NCBI GenBank assembly: GCA_963922315.1 | Contig: CAWUID010000002.1 | Span: 9,546-73,545, forward strand | DNA: 64,000 nucleotides | Direction: 5' to 3' | From: an uncultured Gammaproteobacteria bacterium | Lineage (GTDB): Bacteria > Pseudomonadota > Gammaproteobacteria > Chromatiales > Chromatiaceae | Shown here: positions 45,330 through 55,085 of the stretch, in pieces | Position numbering within the stretch: position 1 is the first letter of the stretch | How the letters are laid out: each line of letters opens with the position of its first letter | Translations under genes and position numbers: made by a program | The notes under the pieces: generated by a model | The model's database searches: none | Told to the model about the DNA's origin: nothing | Seen by the model: the letters and a program-made list of their open reading frames with translations, nothing else

Positions 45330-46556
45330 TCAGGGGTGCAGGGTGTGCCGCCGTGCGATTGTCCGTATCGTGTCTGGTACGATACCCAGTTCAGCAGCGA
45401 TGGCTGGCCATTGGCTCAGCGCCTGGGTAGTTTGTTCGATGATGGTGAGTGCCTGATCAGGCCTGATATCAGTCAGTTTTGCCAGGTCAGTCAGGTCCTT
45501 CCGGGTAAATTGCTGACTTTCTCCCATCAACAGGGTGCTCTGTTCGCCGTTCGGGCCAGATGAGTAGGTGATGTCATATGCGGGTGAAAAGATCCAGTCA
45601 CCCGTCTTATCCAGGATAAATGAAAAGTTTTTTGCATGATCGTCCCGGTTGTGTGACAGCACATTGAAGACGGCCAGCCGGTACAGTTTTTCGACTTGTC
45701 TGACAGATCGGGTCAGAACAGAACAGGCTCTGATCAGATCCTGATAATCCAGGCAAGGCGTTCTGAAGTCTGCGTGCAATAAACCACAGGCACTGACGAC
45801 ATGGCGACGCTGGTTGTGCTGGCGGTCAAACCGCTGTGTTGCAAAATAGCGTTCCTGTAATAACCGGACTGCTGGCATCTCAACCCCGGCCAGTTGTGCC
45901 ATCCGGGCATATGCATATTCAATCAGGCCGGATTGCGGGTCATCATAGGTCTGGTTGAATTTGACGATCCAGTGCTGAAAACCGGCTGGTACATCACCCA
46001 CGCCGGGTATGATTTGAGCGTCTTGCGCATGCAGGCCGATCAGTGCCTTCGGGCGCGCTCCGGCAGATGAACCGTTCAGCCTGAACAGTTGTTCGGAAAA
46101 TTCGGCCTTTTCCTGGATCAGAGCAGCCTGTTCTGCCAGGTTGGCCAGATTCAGCGGCATGTCCTGCTCGCTGATGTCGCTATAATCAGGCAGATAGGTC
46201 AGTGCCCCCATTGCCTGCTGACCGACAGCACACAACCGATCCAGAGGTGAACAGCGGGCTGGTTCAATCTGGTGTGATCTGAGTTTCCGATCCAGCAACA
46301 AACGCCCCCAGCCGTCTGGCAGACTGTCATTAAATACGCCGGGCAATCCCTCAAATAAGTGTGGATCTGAACGTATCAGCCCTGATTTGAGTGGTAGCCT
46401 GAAGGGTGAAATCTGCAGGTCGGTATGGATAAACGTTGCATCATATTCAAAAAAGATGACACGATCTTTGATTGCCAATCGCCCTACCGGCAGGATTGTA
46501 TCCTGATCAAAACGCAGCTCCACAGTCACTTTCGTGGCTGGTATAAATCTGCTCAT
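45330..46556 (-). CDS. hipA: HipA-family serine/threonine kinase toxin
   Basis: 408 aa. N-terminal coupling domain, SSAGARPKAL loop, catalytic DDHAKNFSF, and SPAYDI. 4-nt overlap with the upstream HTH gene. Confidence 0.88.
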   Translation of the reverse strand: MSRFIPATKVTVELRFDQDTILPVGRLAIKDRVIFFEYDATFIHTDLQISPFRLPLKSGLIRSDPHLFEGLPGVFNDSLPDGWGRLLLDRKLRSHQIEPARCSPLDRLCAVGQQAMGALTYLPDYSDISEQDMPLNLANLAEQAALIQEKAEFSEQLFRLNGSSAGARPKALIGLHAQDAQIIPGVGDVPAGFQHWIVKFNQTYDDPQSGLIEYAYARMAQLAGVEMPAVRLLQERYFATQRFDRQHNQRRHVVSACGLLHADFRTPCLDYQDLIRACSVLTRSVRQVEKLYRLAVFNVLSHNRDDHAKNFSFILDKTGDWIFSPAYDITYSSGPNGEQSTLLMGESQQFTRKDLTDLAKLTDIRPDQALTIIEQTTQALSQWPAIAAELGIVPDTIRTIARRHTLHP

Positions 46557-46831
46557 GGCAAGGTTTTCAACAGGTCATCCATGGAGGTGTAAGGCGTTGG
46601 CTCGCTGTAAAACAGGGTCATCAGATCATCTGCCAGTTCCAGCACAAATAGCAGCTTTATGAAAGATGTCAGCGATATCTGACCGGTCTGCTCATATTTT
46701 CGTAAGGTGGACAGAGAAACTCCGGATTTTTCCGCTAACCTGGCCTGACTGAGTTGCATTTGTTTTCTGCGTGTCCTGATGGCCTGACATAACTCGGTTG
46801 ATAATTCTTTCGGCGTTCTGAGTGATACCAT
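46553..46831 (-). CDS. hipB: XRE-family HTH antitoxin (HipB-like)
   Basis: 92 aa. HTH region MQLSQARLAEKSGVSLSTLRKYEQTG. Translationally coupled to hipA. Confidence 0.8.
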   Translation of the reverse strand: MVSLRTPKELSTELCQAIRTRRKQMQLSQARLAEKSGVSLSTLRKYEQTGQISLTSFIKLLFVLELADDLMTLFYSEPTPYTSMDDLLKTLP

Positions 46832-46917
46832 AGTGGTTATATTGTACGATATTTAGCGAAAAATAATACAATAATGTTACTTTTTGTAAAGTTGTTTGTT
46901 GCCTGGAAATCATTCTG

Positions 46918-49900
46918 ATGACGGATAACGCACAACGACACACAGCTCTGAATTCGGCAGAATCCTATATTGTGCAGGCGCCGGCAGGCTCGGGTAAGAC
47001 TGAGCTGCTGACACAGCGTTATTTGCGCTTGCTCGCACAGGTCACGCAACCGGAACAGATCCTGGCGATTACCTTCACCCGCAAGGCGGCGGCTGAAATG
47101 CGCCAGCGCGTGCTGGCAGCATTCATTCAGGATGCTGACGAGCCACCGGATGCGCCGCATCAGGCAATCACCTGGCAGCTGGCGCAGGCAGCCCGTGCGC
47201 AGGATACGGCACAAGGCTGGCAACTGAGTCGTAATCCACACCGGTTGCGATTGCAAACCTTTGATAGCCTGGCCGCCGAACTGACCCGACAACTGCCGGT
47301 TCTGGCAGAGCTGGGTGCGCAACCAACCGTGACAGAACAGGCTCTGCCCTGTTATCAGCAGGCGGCGCGCGCCACAATCGCCAGCCTGACAGAAACTGAC
47401 ATGGCACCCCATCTGAGTGCTGTGCTGCGTCATCTGGATAACCAGGCAGATCAGTTGGAAGCACTGATCTCTCGGATGTTACCACGACGTGAACAATGGT
47501 TGCCGACTCTCCTGGATTTGCCAGATGTTGCCTGCCTGGAAACTGCGTTACAGGCAGAAATTGAACACGATCTGCATCAACTGATGGCAGCCTGGGAGCC
47601 TGATTTGCTGGCGGAAGTGATTCGTCTGGCACAGTTTGCGGCAACACATGTTCCAGTTGACCACGTGTTGCAGGCCTGGGTTGAGCCACCTGCTTCTTTG
47701 CTGCCGGAATGGTCACATCTGCACTGGTGGCGCGGACTGGCGACGCTGTTACTGACTACAAGCGGGACATGGCGCAAAACCGCAGACAAGCGAATCGGGT
47801 TTCCTTCGCCGCAGGATACCGGGATTACCGCCCAACATAAGCGCGCACGCCGTGTGGCTAAGGCTGATCTGCGCACATTACTGACGGAATTGGCACACAA
47901 CGTTGATTTGCGAGCGCTGTTGGTTCAGGTGCTGCATTTGCCGGTAACTGGCTATCAGATTGATCAGATCGCCCTGCTGGCGCATCTGCGTATGGTACTG
48001 TTGCGTGCTGCTGCCGAGTTGCGCTTAGTGTTTCAGGCAACTGGCGAAGTGGATTTTGCAGAACTGCAACAACGCGCGATTCAGGCATTAGGCGCGGAAA
48101 CTGCGCCGACGGATCTGGCCCTGGCTCTGGATCATCGTATCCGACATATTCTGGTTGACGAATTTCAGGATACCTCCGTCAGCCAATATCGCCTGTTGCG
48201 TCTGTTGACAGCTGGCTGGCAGCCCGGCGATGGGCGTACTCTGTTCGTGGTTGGCGATCCGATGCAGTCGATTTATCGGTTTCGTGAGGCAGAAGTCGGC
48301 CTGTATCTGCGCACCCGAACACAAGGGCTCAGCGATATTGCACTGACGCCCCTGACATTGCAGATGAATTTCCGCTCAACATCGGGCATAGTCAACTGGG
48401 TGAATCAGACCTTTCAGGCACTGTTTCCGGCGCATGTAGATGTTCATCTCGGTGCTGTGCCGTACTCGCCGTCGTGTGCCGCATCAGATGCAGGCTCTTC
48501 TGCGGAAGCGGTCCACTGGCATCTGCAGGCCGGGCGCGATGATGCAGAAGAAGCACGCCAGATAGCCGATCTGATACGCAGGTTGCAGTGCCAGCAGCCG
48601 CAAGCGCAGATCGCGGTACTGGCGCGTAGTCGCCGACACCTGCCGGCGATTGCTTCTGCCCTGACAGTTGCCGGAATCCGCTATCAGACAGTGGATATCG
48701 ATCCGTTGCAACACCGGCCAGTCGTGCAGGATTTGCGTAGTCTGACCGGTGCTTTACTGCATCCAGCTGACCGATTGGCCTGGCTGGCGCTGCTGCGAAC
48801 TCCCTGGGTTGGTCTGACACTGGCTGATCTGCTAGTGATTGCAGCAGGTTCCGAACCGCTGATCTATGCCGCGATGCAAAATCCTGTTGTACAGGAACAA
48901 CTCAGCCCGGATGGACTGAAGCGTGTACAGCGTTTGCTGCGTCTGTTGCAACCCTGTCTGCCATATCGTGCGCGTCAGCCATTGCGTACTCTGGTCGAAG
49001 GGTTCTGGCTTGCTCTGGGCGGGCTTGCGTTGTCGGATGCTGCGGGCGTGGCTGATGCCCAGGCCTATTTTGATCTACTTGCGCAGATCACGCCGGCACA
49101 CGGATTGCCCGATTACGCCTGGTTAAATGAACGGCTGGCACAACTATATGCTGCACCAGATCCACAGGCCGATGGATGTGTGCAGATGATGACGCTGCAT
49201 GCTGCGAAAGGGCTGGAGTTTGACGTAGTGATACTGCCGGGGCTTGGGCGGCGGACGCGGCGTAATCCGCCGGATTTGTTGTACTGGCAGGAACGAATTG
49301 AGGCAGGTTCATCATCCTTACTGATGGCGCCAATTCGTGCTACGGCGACGGATTCTGAGCCGATAGCGGACTATATCATCCGGTTGCAACACCAGAAAGA
49401 ACGTCTTGAAACCATGCGCTTGCTGTATGTAGCGGCAACCCGTGCGCGGCAACAATTGCACCTGTTCGGGCATTGCACCTGCAACAGCAAGGGAGTCGCT
49501 CGACCAGCCGCAGATAGTTTGTTGCAGGCATTATGGCCGGTTGCTGAACTGCATTATGTGAATACCACGCAGCAAGACGCGGTACCTGAATCTGAAACCA
49601 GATTGTGTGCCCGTACCGAACAACGTCTGCCGCCGGACTGGCAGCTCGTCCTGCCTGAGAGTTGGCGCGAGCCACCGCTGCCAGCCAGCACCCTGTCTAC
49701 CGAACTGACCCAGGTCTGGGTCAGCGATACTGCTCGTCACACCGGCACTCTGGTGCACCGTTATCTGGAGCGAGTCACTCTGGACGGACTTGATCAGTGG
49801 CCACCTGAGCGGATTGCTGCATTGAGTCCCGCGATACGTACCGGTCTTGCCCATCTGGGTGTTTCACCCTCTGATCTGACATCAGCTGCAGATACCGTCC

Positions 49901-50271
49901 GGCGCGCCTTGCACAATACCCTGACTGATACGCGCGGACGCTGGATATTGAGTCCTCATCAGTCCGCTGCCAGTGAACAGGCACTGACTTTGCAGCAGTC
50001 ACAGGGACAATCAGATGCCCGACATTACGTGATAGATCGCACCTTTGTTGACGAAGCCGACACGCGCTGGATTATCGACTACAAAACAGCTGAGCCTGGT
50101 AGTGACCAGTCACTGGCAGATTTTATGCGACAGCAACAGGAACAATACCAGAAACAACTGCACCAGTATGCGCATATTCTGCATCAGATGGAAGACCGAC
50201 CAATACAACTGGCCCTGTATTTTCCTTTGTGCTGTGGTTGGCAAGCCTGGGCATGGACTGCTGCCACCTGA
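46918..50271 (+). CDS. UvrD-type helicase fused to a C-terminal PD-(D/E)XK nuclease (AddA-like)
   Basis: 1117 aa. Walker A QAPAGSGKTELL, ILVDEFQDTS, and a C-terminal nuclease motif ...DRTFVDEADTRWIIDYKT. Confidence 0.85.
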   Translation: MTDNAQRHTALNSAESYIVQAPAGSGKTELLTQRYLRLLAQVTQPEQILAITFTRKAAAEMRQRVLAAFIQDADEPPDAPHQAITWQLAQAARAQDTAQGWQLSRNPHRLRLQTFDSLAAELTRQLPVLAELGAQPTVTEQALPCYQQAARATIASLTETDMAPHLSAVLRHLDNQADQLEALISRMLPRREQWLPTLLDLPDVACLETALQAEIEHDLHQLMAAWEPDLLAEVIRLAQFAATHVPVDHVLQAWVEPPASLLPEWSHLHWWRGLATLLLTTSGTWRKTADKRIGFPSPQDTGITAQHKRARRVAKADLRTLLTELAHNVDLRALLVQVLHLPVTGYQIDQIALLAHLRMVLLRAAAELRLVFQATGEVDFAELQQRAIQALGAETAPTDLALALDHRIRHILVDEFQDTSVSQYRLLRLLTAGWQPGDGRTLFVVGDPMQSIYRFREAEVGLYLRTRTQGLSDIALTPLTLQMNFRSTSGIVNWVNQTFQALFPAHVDVHLGAVPYSPSCAASDAGSSAEAVHWHLQAGRDDAEEARQIADLIRRLQCQQPQAQIAVLARSRRHLPAIASALTVAGIRYQTVDIDPLQHRPVVQDLRSLTGALLHPADRLAWLALLRTPWVGLTLADLLVIAAGSEPLIYAAMQNPVVQEQLSPDGLKRVQRLLRLLQPCLPYRARQPLRTLVEGFWLALGGLALSDAAGVADAQAYFDLLAQITPAHGLPDYAWLNERLAQLYAAPDPQADGCVQMMTLHAAKGLEFDVVILPGLGRRTRRNPPDLLYWQERIEAGSSSLLMAPIRATATDSEPIADYIIRLQHQKERLETMRLLYVAATRARQQLHLFGHCTCNSKGVARPAADSLLQALWPVAELHYVNTTQQDAVPESETRLCARTEQRLPPDWQLVLPESWREPPLPASTLSTELTQVWVSDTARHTGTLVHRYLERVTLDGLDQWPPERIAALSPAIRTGLAHLGVSPSDLTSAADTVRRALHNTLTDTRGRWILSPHQSAASEQALTLQQSQGQSDARHYVIDRTFVDEADTRWIIDYKTAEPGSDQSLADFMRQQQEQYQKQLHQYAHILHQMEDRPIQLALYFPLCCGWQAWAWTAAT

Positions 50272-50283
50272 CGAATGATCAGA

Positions 50284-51320
50284 TTATGCGTTGTTGCGTA
50301 GTTGTTGCATATCTTGTGCAGACAGCTCGGTAACTTCCTGAACGAAATTCAGATCAGAGCCTTTGTTCAGCAGGTTTGAAGCCACCTGATACAAACCTTC
50401 CTGATGACCTTCCTGGTGACCCTGCAGAAGGCCCTTTTTAAGGCCTTTCTGAAGACCTTCCTGACGAAACCTTTCAGCAAATGCACTCATGTATTTTGCC
50501 TCCTCCGGATAACGGTGGGTATATTCGTTGCGCTCCTGTTCGGTCAGCGCACTATAGATATCAATGAAGTCGAGATATTTTGCCAGTTTTTCTGGGGGCA
50601 TTCTTAATGAGCTGAGTGGAAATGATGTCGAGTCATTTTTTGTGCTGACAAGGCGCAATGAGGAGTAATAGTCATTCTATTGCGACGAGTTGCAACACAG
50701 TCAGCGCGGAAAAGGGCTGACATCAGGCCATGAAGCTGATTGAGAATGCCCCCTAAGTCTGGTTCCAGTTGACGCAAACGTCGCGTGGCATGTGCATACA
50801 CCGCCAGCTTATTCGTTTCTGCATCCGCCATATTCGGCAGGTTGACGCAGGCTGGGATATTATCTTCATGCAGATATTTCTGATAGGGCAGACGTGATAT
50901 GTCGCAGACCACTGTCTTAAAATCAAGATACGTTTTCTGCTCGCTACCCAGTTTCAGTTCCGTGGCATAACGGCCGCGCCGCAGAAAGACCACCACCGGC
51001 ACCACCCGGTCAGTTCCAAACATCTCGGCCAGATGCAGACAATAACGGGCTAAGCGGTGGATTGAAAAGCGTTTTGGCTCGGTTTCTTCTTCCAGCACAA
51101 ACAATAAGGCTTCGCGTCGTTGATCTGGCCAGTCTACCAGCAGCGGACAGTCCAGCTCGTGATATCGTTCACCGAGCTTGTCCTGAAGTTGTTCCTGACG
51201 AACCGGTGTAATAGTGGCTGTTGCATCAATATACCGGGCTTCTGATGGTGCAAAGAAGCGCAGCGCCTGTAATGGATAATCAATGAACAGGTTTTTGAAG
51301 TTCTGATCGTGTGACGTCAT
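50284..51320 (-). pseudogene. Rpn/YhgA-like (PD-(D/E)XK, transposase_31-type) gene split by a MITE
   Basis: The N-terminal ORF (51320-50604) is native up to ...RRLRQLEPD (ends at 50757). The C-terminal ORF (50658-50284) is native from PEKLAKYLDFID.. with the EGLQKGLKKGLLQG...LLNKGSDLNFVQEVTELS tail typical of Rpn proteins. The sequence between them is the MITE, and the two halves are in different frames. Confidence 0.72.
50591..50756. mobile_element. MITE, family 1, copy 2 (inside the Rpn-like gene)
   Basis: TIR core GGGGGCATTCTTAATGAGC ... GCTGATTGAGAATGCCCCC. Collinear with 32211-32376. Confidence 0.8.
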
Positions 51321-51439
51321 GGGTCTGACTCAGGAATAGCCGTCGTGTCGGAGGGAATGAAACAGGAAGATTTCCTGTGCACATTATCCACCGAAAACAA
51401 ATCCGGCATCATTTGACAGAAGTCACTTTCTTTAGAGCT

Positions 51440-53695
51440 TCACTGCGGCCAACTGAGCCACAAGGTATATAGCGGTAGTGCGGACAACACATCGTCCACT
51501 GCCGTTGGGTGTGCATCGTAGCCGACCATAGCCAGACGGCTGGTTCTGCCACGGCGCAGGTGACATGGTACGGGTTGCCATTGCGTTATATTCAGCGGCA
51601 CAATCTGCGTGATGGCTTGCAAACTGCCTGCATCCACATCAACGGCCTGCACTGCAATCTCGCCGGAGGTGGATAACGCCGACGAAGCTTCAATTATTGA
51701 CGGACCGGAACGCAACAGATAATCAGCTACCAGTGTGATATTACCACCCGCACCACCGTGCGCATTCGCTTGAATCTGACTGTTTTCCAGAATGACAAAT
51801 ACCGGATCAATCTGAATATCCCCGCCCTTACCAGCCCCGCCTTTTACACTGGTGATAATCTGGCTGCCTTGCAGATGCAACAGATCGCGCGTTTCAACCC
51901 GGATACTGCCACCTCCGGCATTTTCTGATTCAGTCGTCAGGATACTGCCGCCGTGCATCTGAATCTGTTCGCTGGTCAGAATCGCCAGGTGGCCTGCATT
52001 ACCTGCATCTGTTGCGCCGGACTCACTGCCGGAAGTGATACGTGCACCGTCTGTCATGCTTAACACAGCAGGTCGGTTGACTATGCCAATCAGAATATCA
52101 CCGGCATGGCGACTACCAGTGGCAGATGTGCTGATTTCACTTTTATTGCTCATGGACAATGAGTCACTCAGGTCAATCGCAATCAGACCAGCAGCGTCAG
52201 TCAGTGCTTCACCGAAATCCTGATCTAAGTGTACAAACCCACTGGCAGACCTGATTTTGGCGCCTTCAGTTAAAACCAGATTAGCTGCCTGTATTCGGGT
52301 GGAGCCTGCGACTCCCAGGCTGTATGAAGAACTACTGATCTGCGTATTATGGCCGCTGAGTTGAATCTGACCGGAGGCAGCCAGTTGTATGGTACCACCC
52401 CGGCCAGTGCTCAAGGTCCCGGCACTGATCGCGGCTTCATTCTCCAGCGTGATGTCGGTTGCCCGGATTGTCAGGTTGCCACTGTTGCCTGCATTGGCAA
52501 TAATGCTGAAGGTGCTGATATCAATAAAGCTATTATTCATTAGCACCTGATTGGCAGCTTCGAGCTGAACTGCCCCACCCTGACCATTGTTATAAGTCAT
52601 TGTGGTGATCAAGGTATCGTTCTCCAGTGTGATGTCGGCTGCCTGGATTACCAGATTGCCACCGGCACCTGCATCATCGGCTTCGCTGGTTGTTTCCGTA
52701 GTGATAAAACCGTCGTCGATTCTGACCTGATCATTAGCTGTCAACCGGACTGATCCACCCTGTCCACGACTATTCGCCATAGCAGTGATTTCTGAATCTG
52801 TGATCTGTATCGTATTCGCCTGCAAGTCTACGCTGTAACCTGTTGCATCAAAAACACTATTGTTATCAGCCCAGAATGCACTATCACTGATGGTGATATG
52901 CTGACCCAGTATCTGGATTTTGCCGATCATGTGGCTATCAGACTGATTGTCAACGATGATGTCGCTTTCGGTAAAAGTGATATTTGCCTGAGTAGCAGAA
53001 GTTGTGTCGATGCGGTCTGATGAGAGTCGTGCTTCGCCGACTGAGCCCAGTCCGACCAGGTTGATATATCCACCAGAGGTCTCGAAAGTTGCCCCGGAAG
53101 TGGTGCTGATTTCGCCGCCGACCAGGCTGATTGTCTGGCCTTCTGCGACGCTTTGCTGACTGCCATCTATCCGGATTGTGCCGATGTCTGCGTCCAGAAA
53201 GCCGAATGCTTCAGGTGCAGCAACGGTGAGTGTGACGCCCTGATCCGGGTCGATATATACGTGTTGTCCATCTGCCAGGGTGATGTAATTGGCGGTGGTT
53301 GCATGAAATGCACCCTGTACATCCAGGTTGGCGTTCTCGCCCATCACAATACCATTCGGATTCACCAGATACATATCGGCATGACTGGTGGTGCTTTTGA
53401 TCTGGCCATCAATCCAACTATCGTTCGAGCCAGTCACCCGGCTGATGATGTGTTGCGTATCGGGTGCTGCCTGGAAATCAGCCGTCTGATCAGTCTCGAC
53501 GTTAAATTCCTGAAAGCTGTGTAGCAGATTGGTGCCTCGGGCAGTGCCGTTAGTGATTGCTAATATCTGGTCTTGTGTTTTTACAGTTGTGCCGGCAGTG
53601 CTGTCAGCGATCAGCCCGCCACCAGGTGCGGCAAACAGCGTGTTGCCTAACAGCAGGCTACTGAGCAGAGCCGGTAGGATAATTGTTGTTATCAT
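51440..53695 (-). CDS. Filamentous-haemagglutinin N-terminal (TPS) domain exoprotein, TpsA-like, no TpsB nearby
   Basis: Signal peptide, TPS-domain motifs NLLHSFQEFNV and YLVNPNGIVMG, then about 600 aa of degenerate beta-helix repeats (ITLEN..., GQGG..V.L.A). 751 aa. Confidence 0.85.
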   Translation of the reverse strand: MITTIILPALLSSLLLGNTLFAAPGGGLIADSTAGTTVKTQDQILAITNGTARGTNLLHSFQEFNVETDQTADFQAAPDTQHIISRVTGSNDSWIDGQIKSTTSHADMYLVNPNGIVMGENANLDVQGAFHATTANYITLADGQHVYIDPDQGVTLTVAAPEAFGFLDADIGTIRIDGSQQSVAEGQTISLVGGEISTTSGATFETSGGYINLVGLGSVGEARLSSDRIDTTSATQANITFTESDIIVDNQSDSHMIGKIQILGQHITISDSAFWADNNSVFDATGYSVDLQANTIQITDSEITAMANSRGQGGSVRLTANDQVRIDDGFITTETTSEADDAGAGGNLVIQAADITLENDTLITTMTYNNGQGGAVQLEAANQVLMNNSFIDISTFSIIANAGNSGNLTIRATDITLENEAAISAGTLSTGRGGTIQLAASGQIQLSGHNTQISSSSYSLGVAGSTRIQAANLVLTEGAKIRSASGFVHLDQDFGEALTDAAGLIAIDLSDSLSMSNKSEISTSATGSRHAGDILIGIVNRPAVLSMTDGARITSGSESGATDAGNAGHLAILTSEQIQMHGGSILTTESENAGGGSIRVETRDLLHLQGSQIITSVKGGAGKGGDIQIDPVFVILENSQIQANAHGGAGGNITLVADYLLRSGPSIIEASSALSTSGEIAVQAVDVDAGSLQAITQIVPLNITQWQPVPCHLRRGRTSRLAMVGYDAHPTAVDDVLSALPLYTLWLSWPQ

Positions 53696-53726
53696 GATTG
53701 GCCTCTCCCATCAGCAAGATGAAAGT

Positions 53727-54998
53727 CTATATCCGGATTGCAGGATCTTTTTGCAGGCGAGCATAATCTGCCGGGCTCAATCTGACCTGTAGCTTCCAGC
53801 CACCTGCTTCAGTAATTGTTTCACTCAGGACACTGCCCGATTGATACAGTTGTGCTCGTAGCCGTCCCTGCCGCATGTCGAGTTGTAAGGTACTGTTCAC
53901 CCATTGTTGAGATAATCGCTCCTGCAGCGCTTGTTGCAACAGGTCAAGCCCTTGTTTTTGTTGTGCAGACAACCAGACTGCTGAGATTGTATTCTCCTCA
54001 TCTTTGGTGATTTTTGTCATTGGCAGCATCATCTGATCAATTTTGTTATACACGATCAGCTTTGGTAAAGACGCGGCCCCAATCTCATCTAATACCTGAT
54101 CCACATCTGCCATCTGTTCTGCCCGGTTCGGGCTGGCTGCATCCACCACATGCAGCAGAATATCTGCTTCTGCCACTTCTTGTAATGTGCTCTTAAAAGC
54201 AGCTACCAGACCATGTGGTAATTCTGAGATAAAACCAACAGTATCTGCCAGGATAAAGGGTTGGCCATTTGGCAGGCAGGCGCGGCGCAAGGTCGGATCC
54301 AGTGTCGCAAACAACTGGTCTCGTGCCGCTACCCGGGCCTGCGTCAGTTGATTAAACAGGGTCGACTTGCCCACATTGGTGTAACCTACCAGCGCGATTG
54401 TTGGCAGTGCGGCTCGCTGACGGGCCCGGCGTCCCTGACTGCGCTGATTTTCAACCCGTAATAACCGTTTGCGGATCTGGTTGATGCGTTGTCCTAACAG
54501 GCGGCGATCTGTTTCCAGCTGTGTTTCACCTGGGCCGCGCAGACCGATGCCGCCTTTTTGTCTTTCCAGATGAGTCCAGCCACGCACCAGCCGGGTTGCC
54601 AGATGTTCAGATTGCGCCAGCTCAACCTGCAGCTTGCCCTCATGGGAGCGGGCGCGTTGTGCAAAGATGTCCAGAATCAAGCCAGTTCGATCTAACACCC
54701 GGCATGACAAAGCGCGTTCCAGATTACGCTCCTGAATAGGGGTCAGAGAATTATTAAAGATGACCAGCTTTATGTTGAATGTCGCAACTAATTCAGCTAT
54801 CTCTTGGACTTTGCCTGTGCCCAGGTACAACCCGGGGTTCGGTTGCCGACAGGTTACTGTGCATGTCTCGCAGACTTCAGCACCAGCAGACCGGGCCAGT
54901 TCCTGAAACTCATACAGCCGTATCTGATCTGGCATGGCACGATGCGGATTCGCTTGAACCAGTAAAGTCCGGTTATCGTGTTGATGCTCATGATCCAT
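53727..54998 (-). CDS. hflX: GTPase HflX
   Basis: VGYTNVGKSTLFN, DTVGFISELPH and NKIDQ motifs. ATG 54998 (MDHEHQHDNRTLLVQ) fits the E. coli N-terminus. The ORF-track GTG 55028 lies inside an 11-bp hairpin stem. Confidence 0.92.
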   Translation of the reverse strand: MDHEHQHDNRTLLVQANPHRAMPDQIRLYEFQELARSAGAEVCETCTVTCRQPNPGLYLGTGKVQEIAELVATFNIKLVIFNNSLTPIQERNLERALSCRVLDRTGLILDIFAQRARSHEGKLQVELAQSEHLATRLVRGWTHLERQKGGIGLRGPGETQLETDRRLLGQRINQIRKRLLRVENQRSQGRRARQRAALPTIALVGYTNVGKSTLFNQLTQARVAARDQLFATLDPTLRRACLPNGQPFILADTVGFISELPHGLVAAFKSTLQEVAEADILLHVVDAASPNRAEQMADVDQVLDEIGAASLPKLIVYNKIDQMMLPMTKITKDEENTISAVWLSAQQKQGLDLLQQALQERLSQQWVNSTLQLDMRQGRLRAQLYQSGSVLSETITEAGGWKLQVRLSPADYARLQKDPAIRI

Positions 54999-55018
54999 AC
55001 AGATGAGCGCCAAGTGTG

Positions 55019-55081
55019 GAGTTCTCACACGGATATGTGAGAACTCTGCTGTCAGTCAGGGACGCAGTCAGCACTGACTGC
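55019..55081 (-). promoter_or_regulatory. Two strong stem-loops in the hfq-hflX spacer
   Basis: GAGTTCTCACA (55019-55029) pairs with TGTGAGAACTC (55036-55046), an 11-bp perfect stem. GCAGTCA (55064-55070) pairs with TGACTGC (55075-55081), a 7-bp stem with loop GCAC. No U-tract follows either. Confidence 0.4.
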
Positions 55082-55085
55082 CGCT

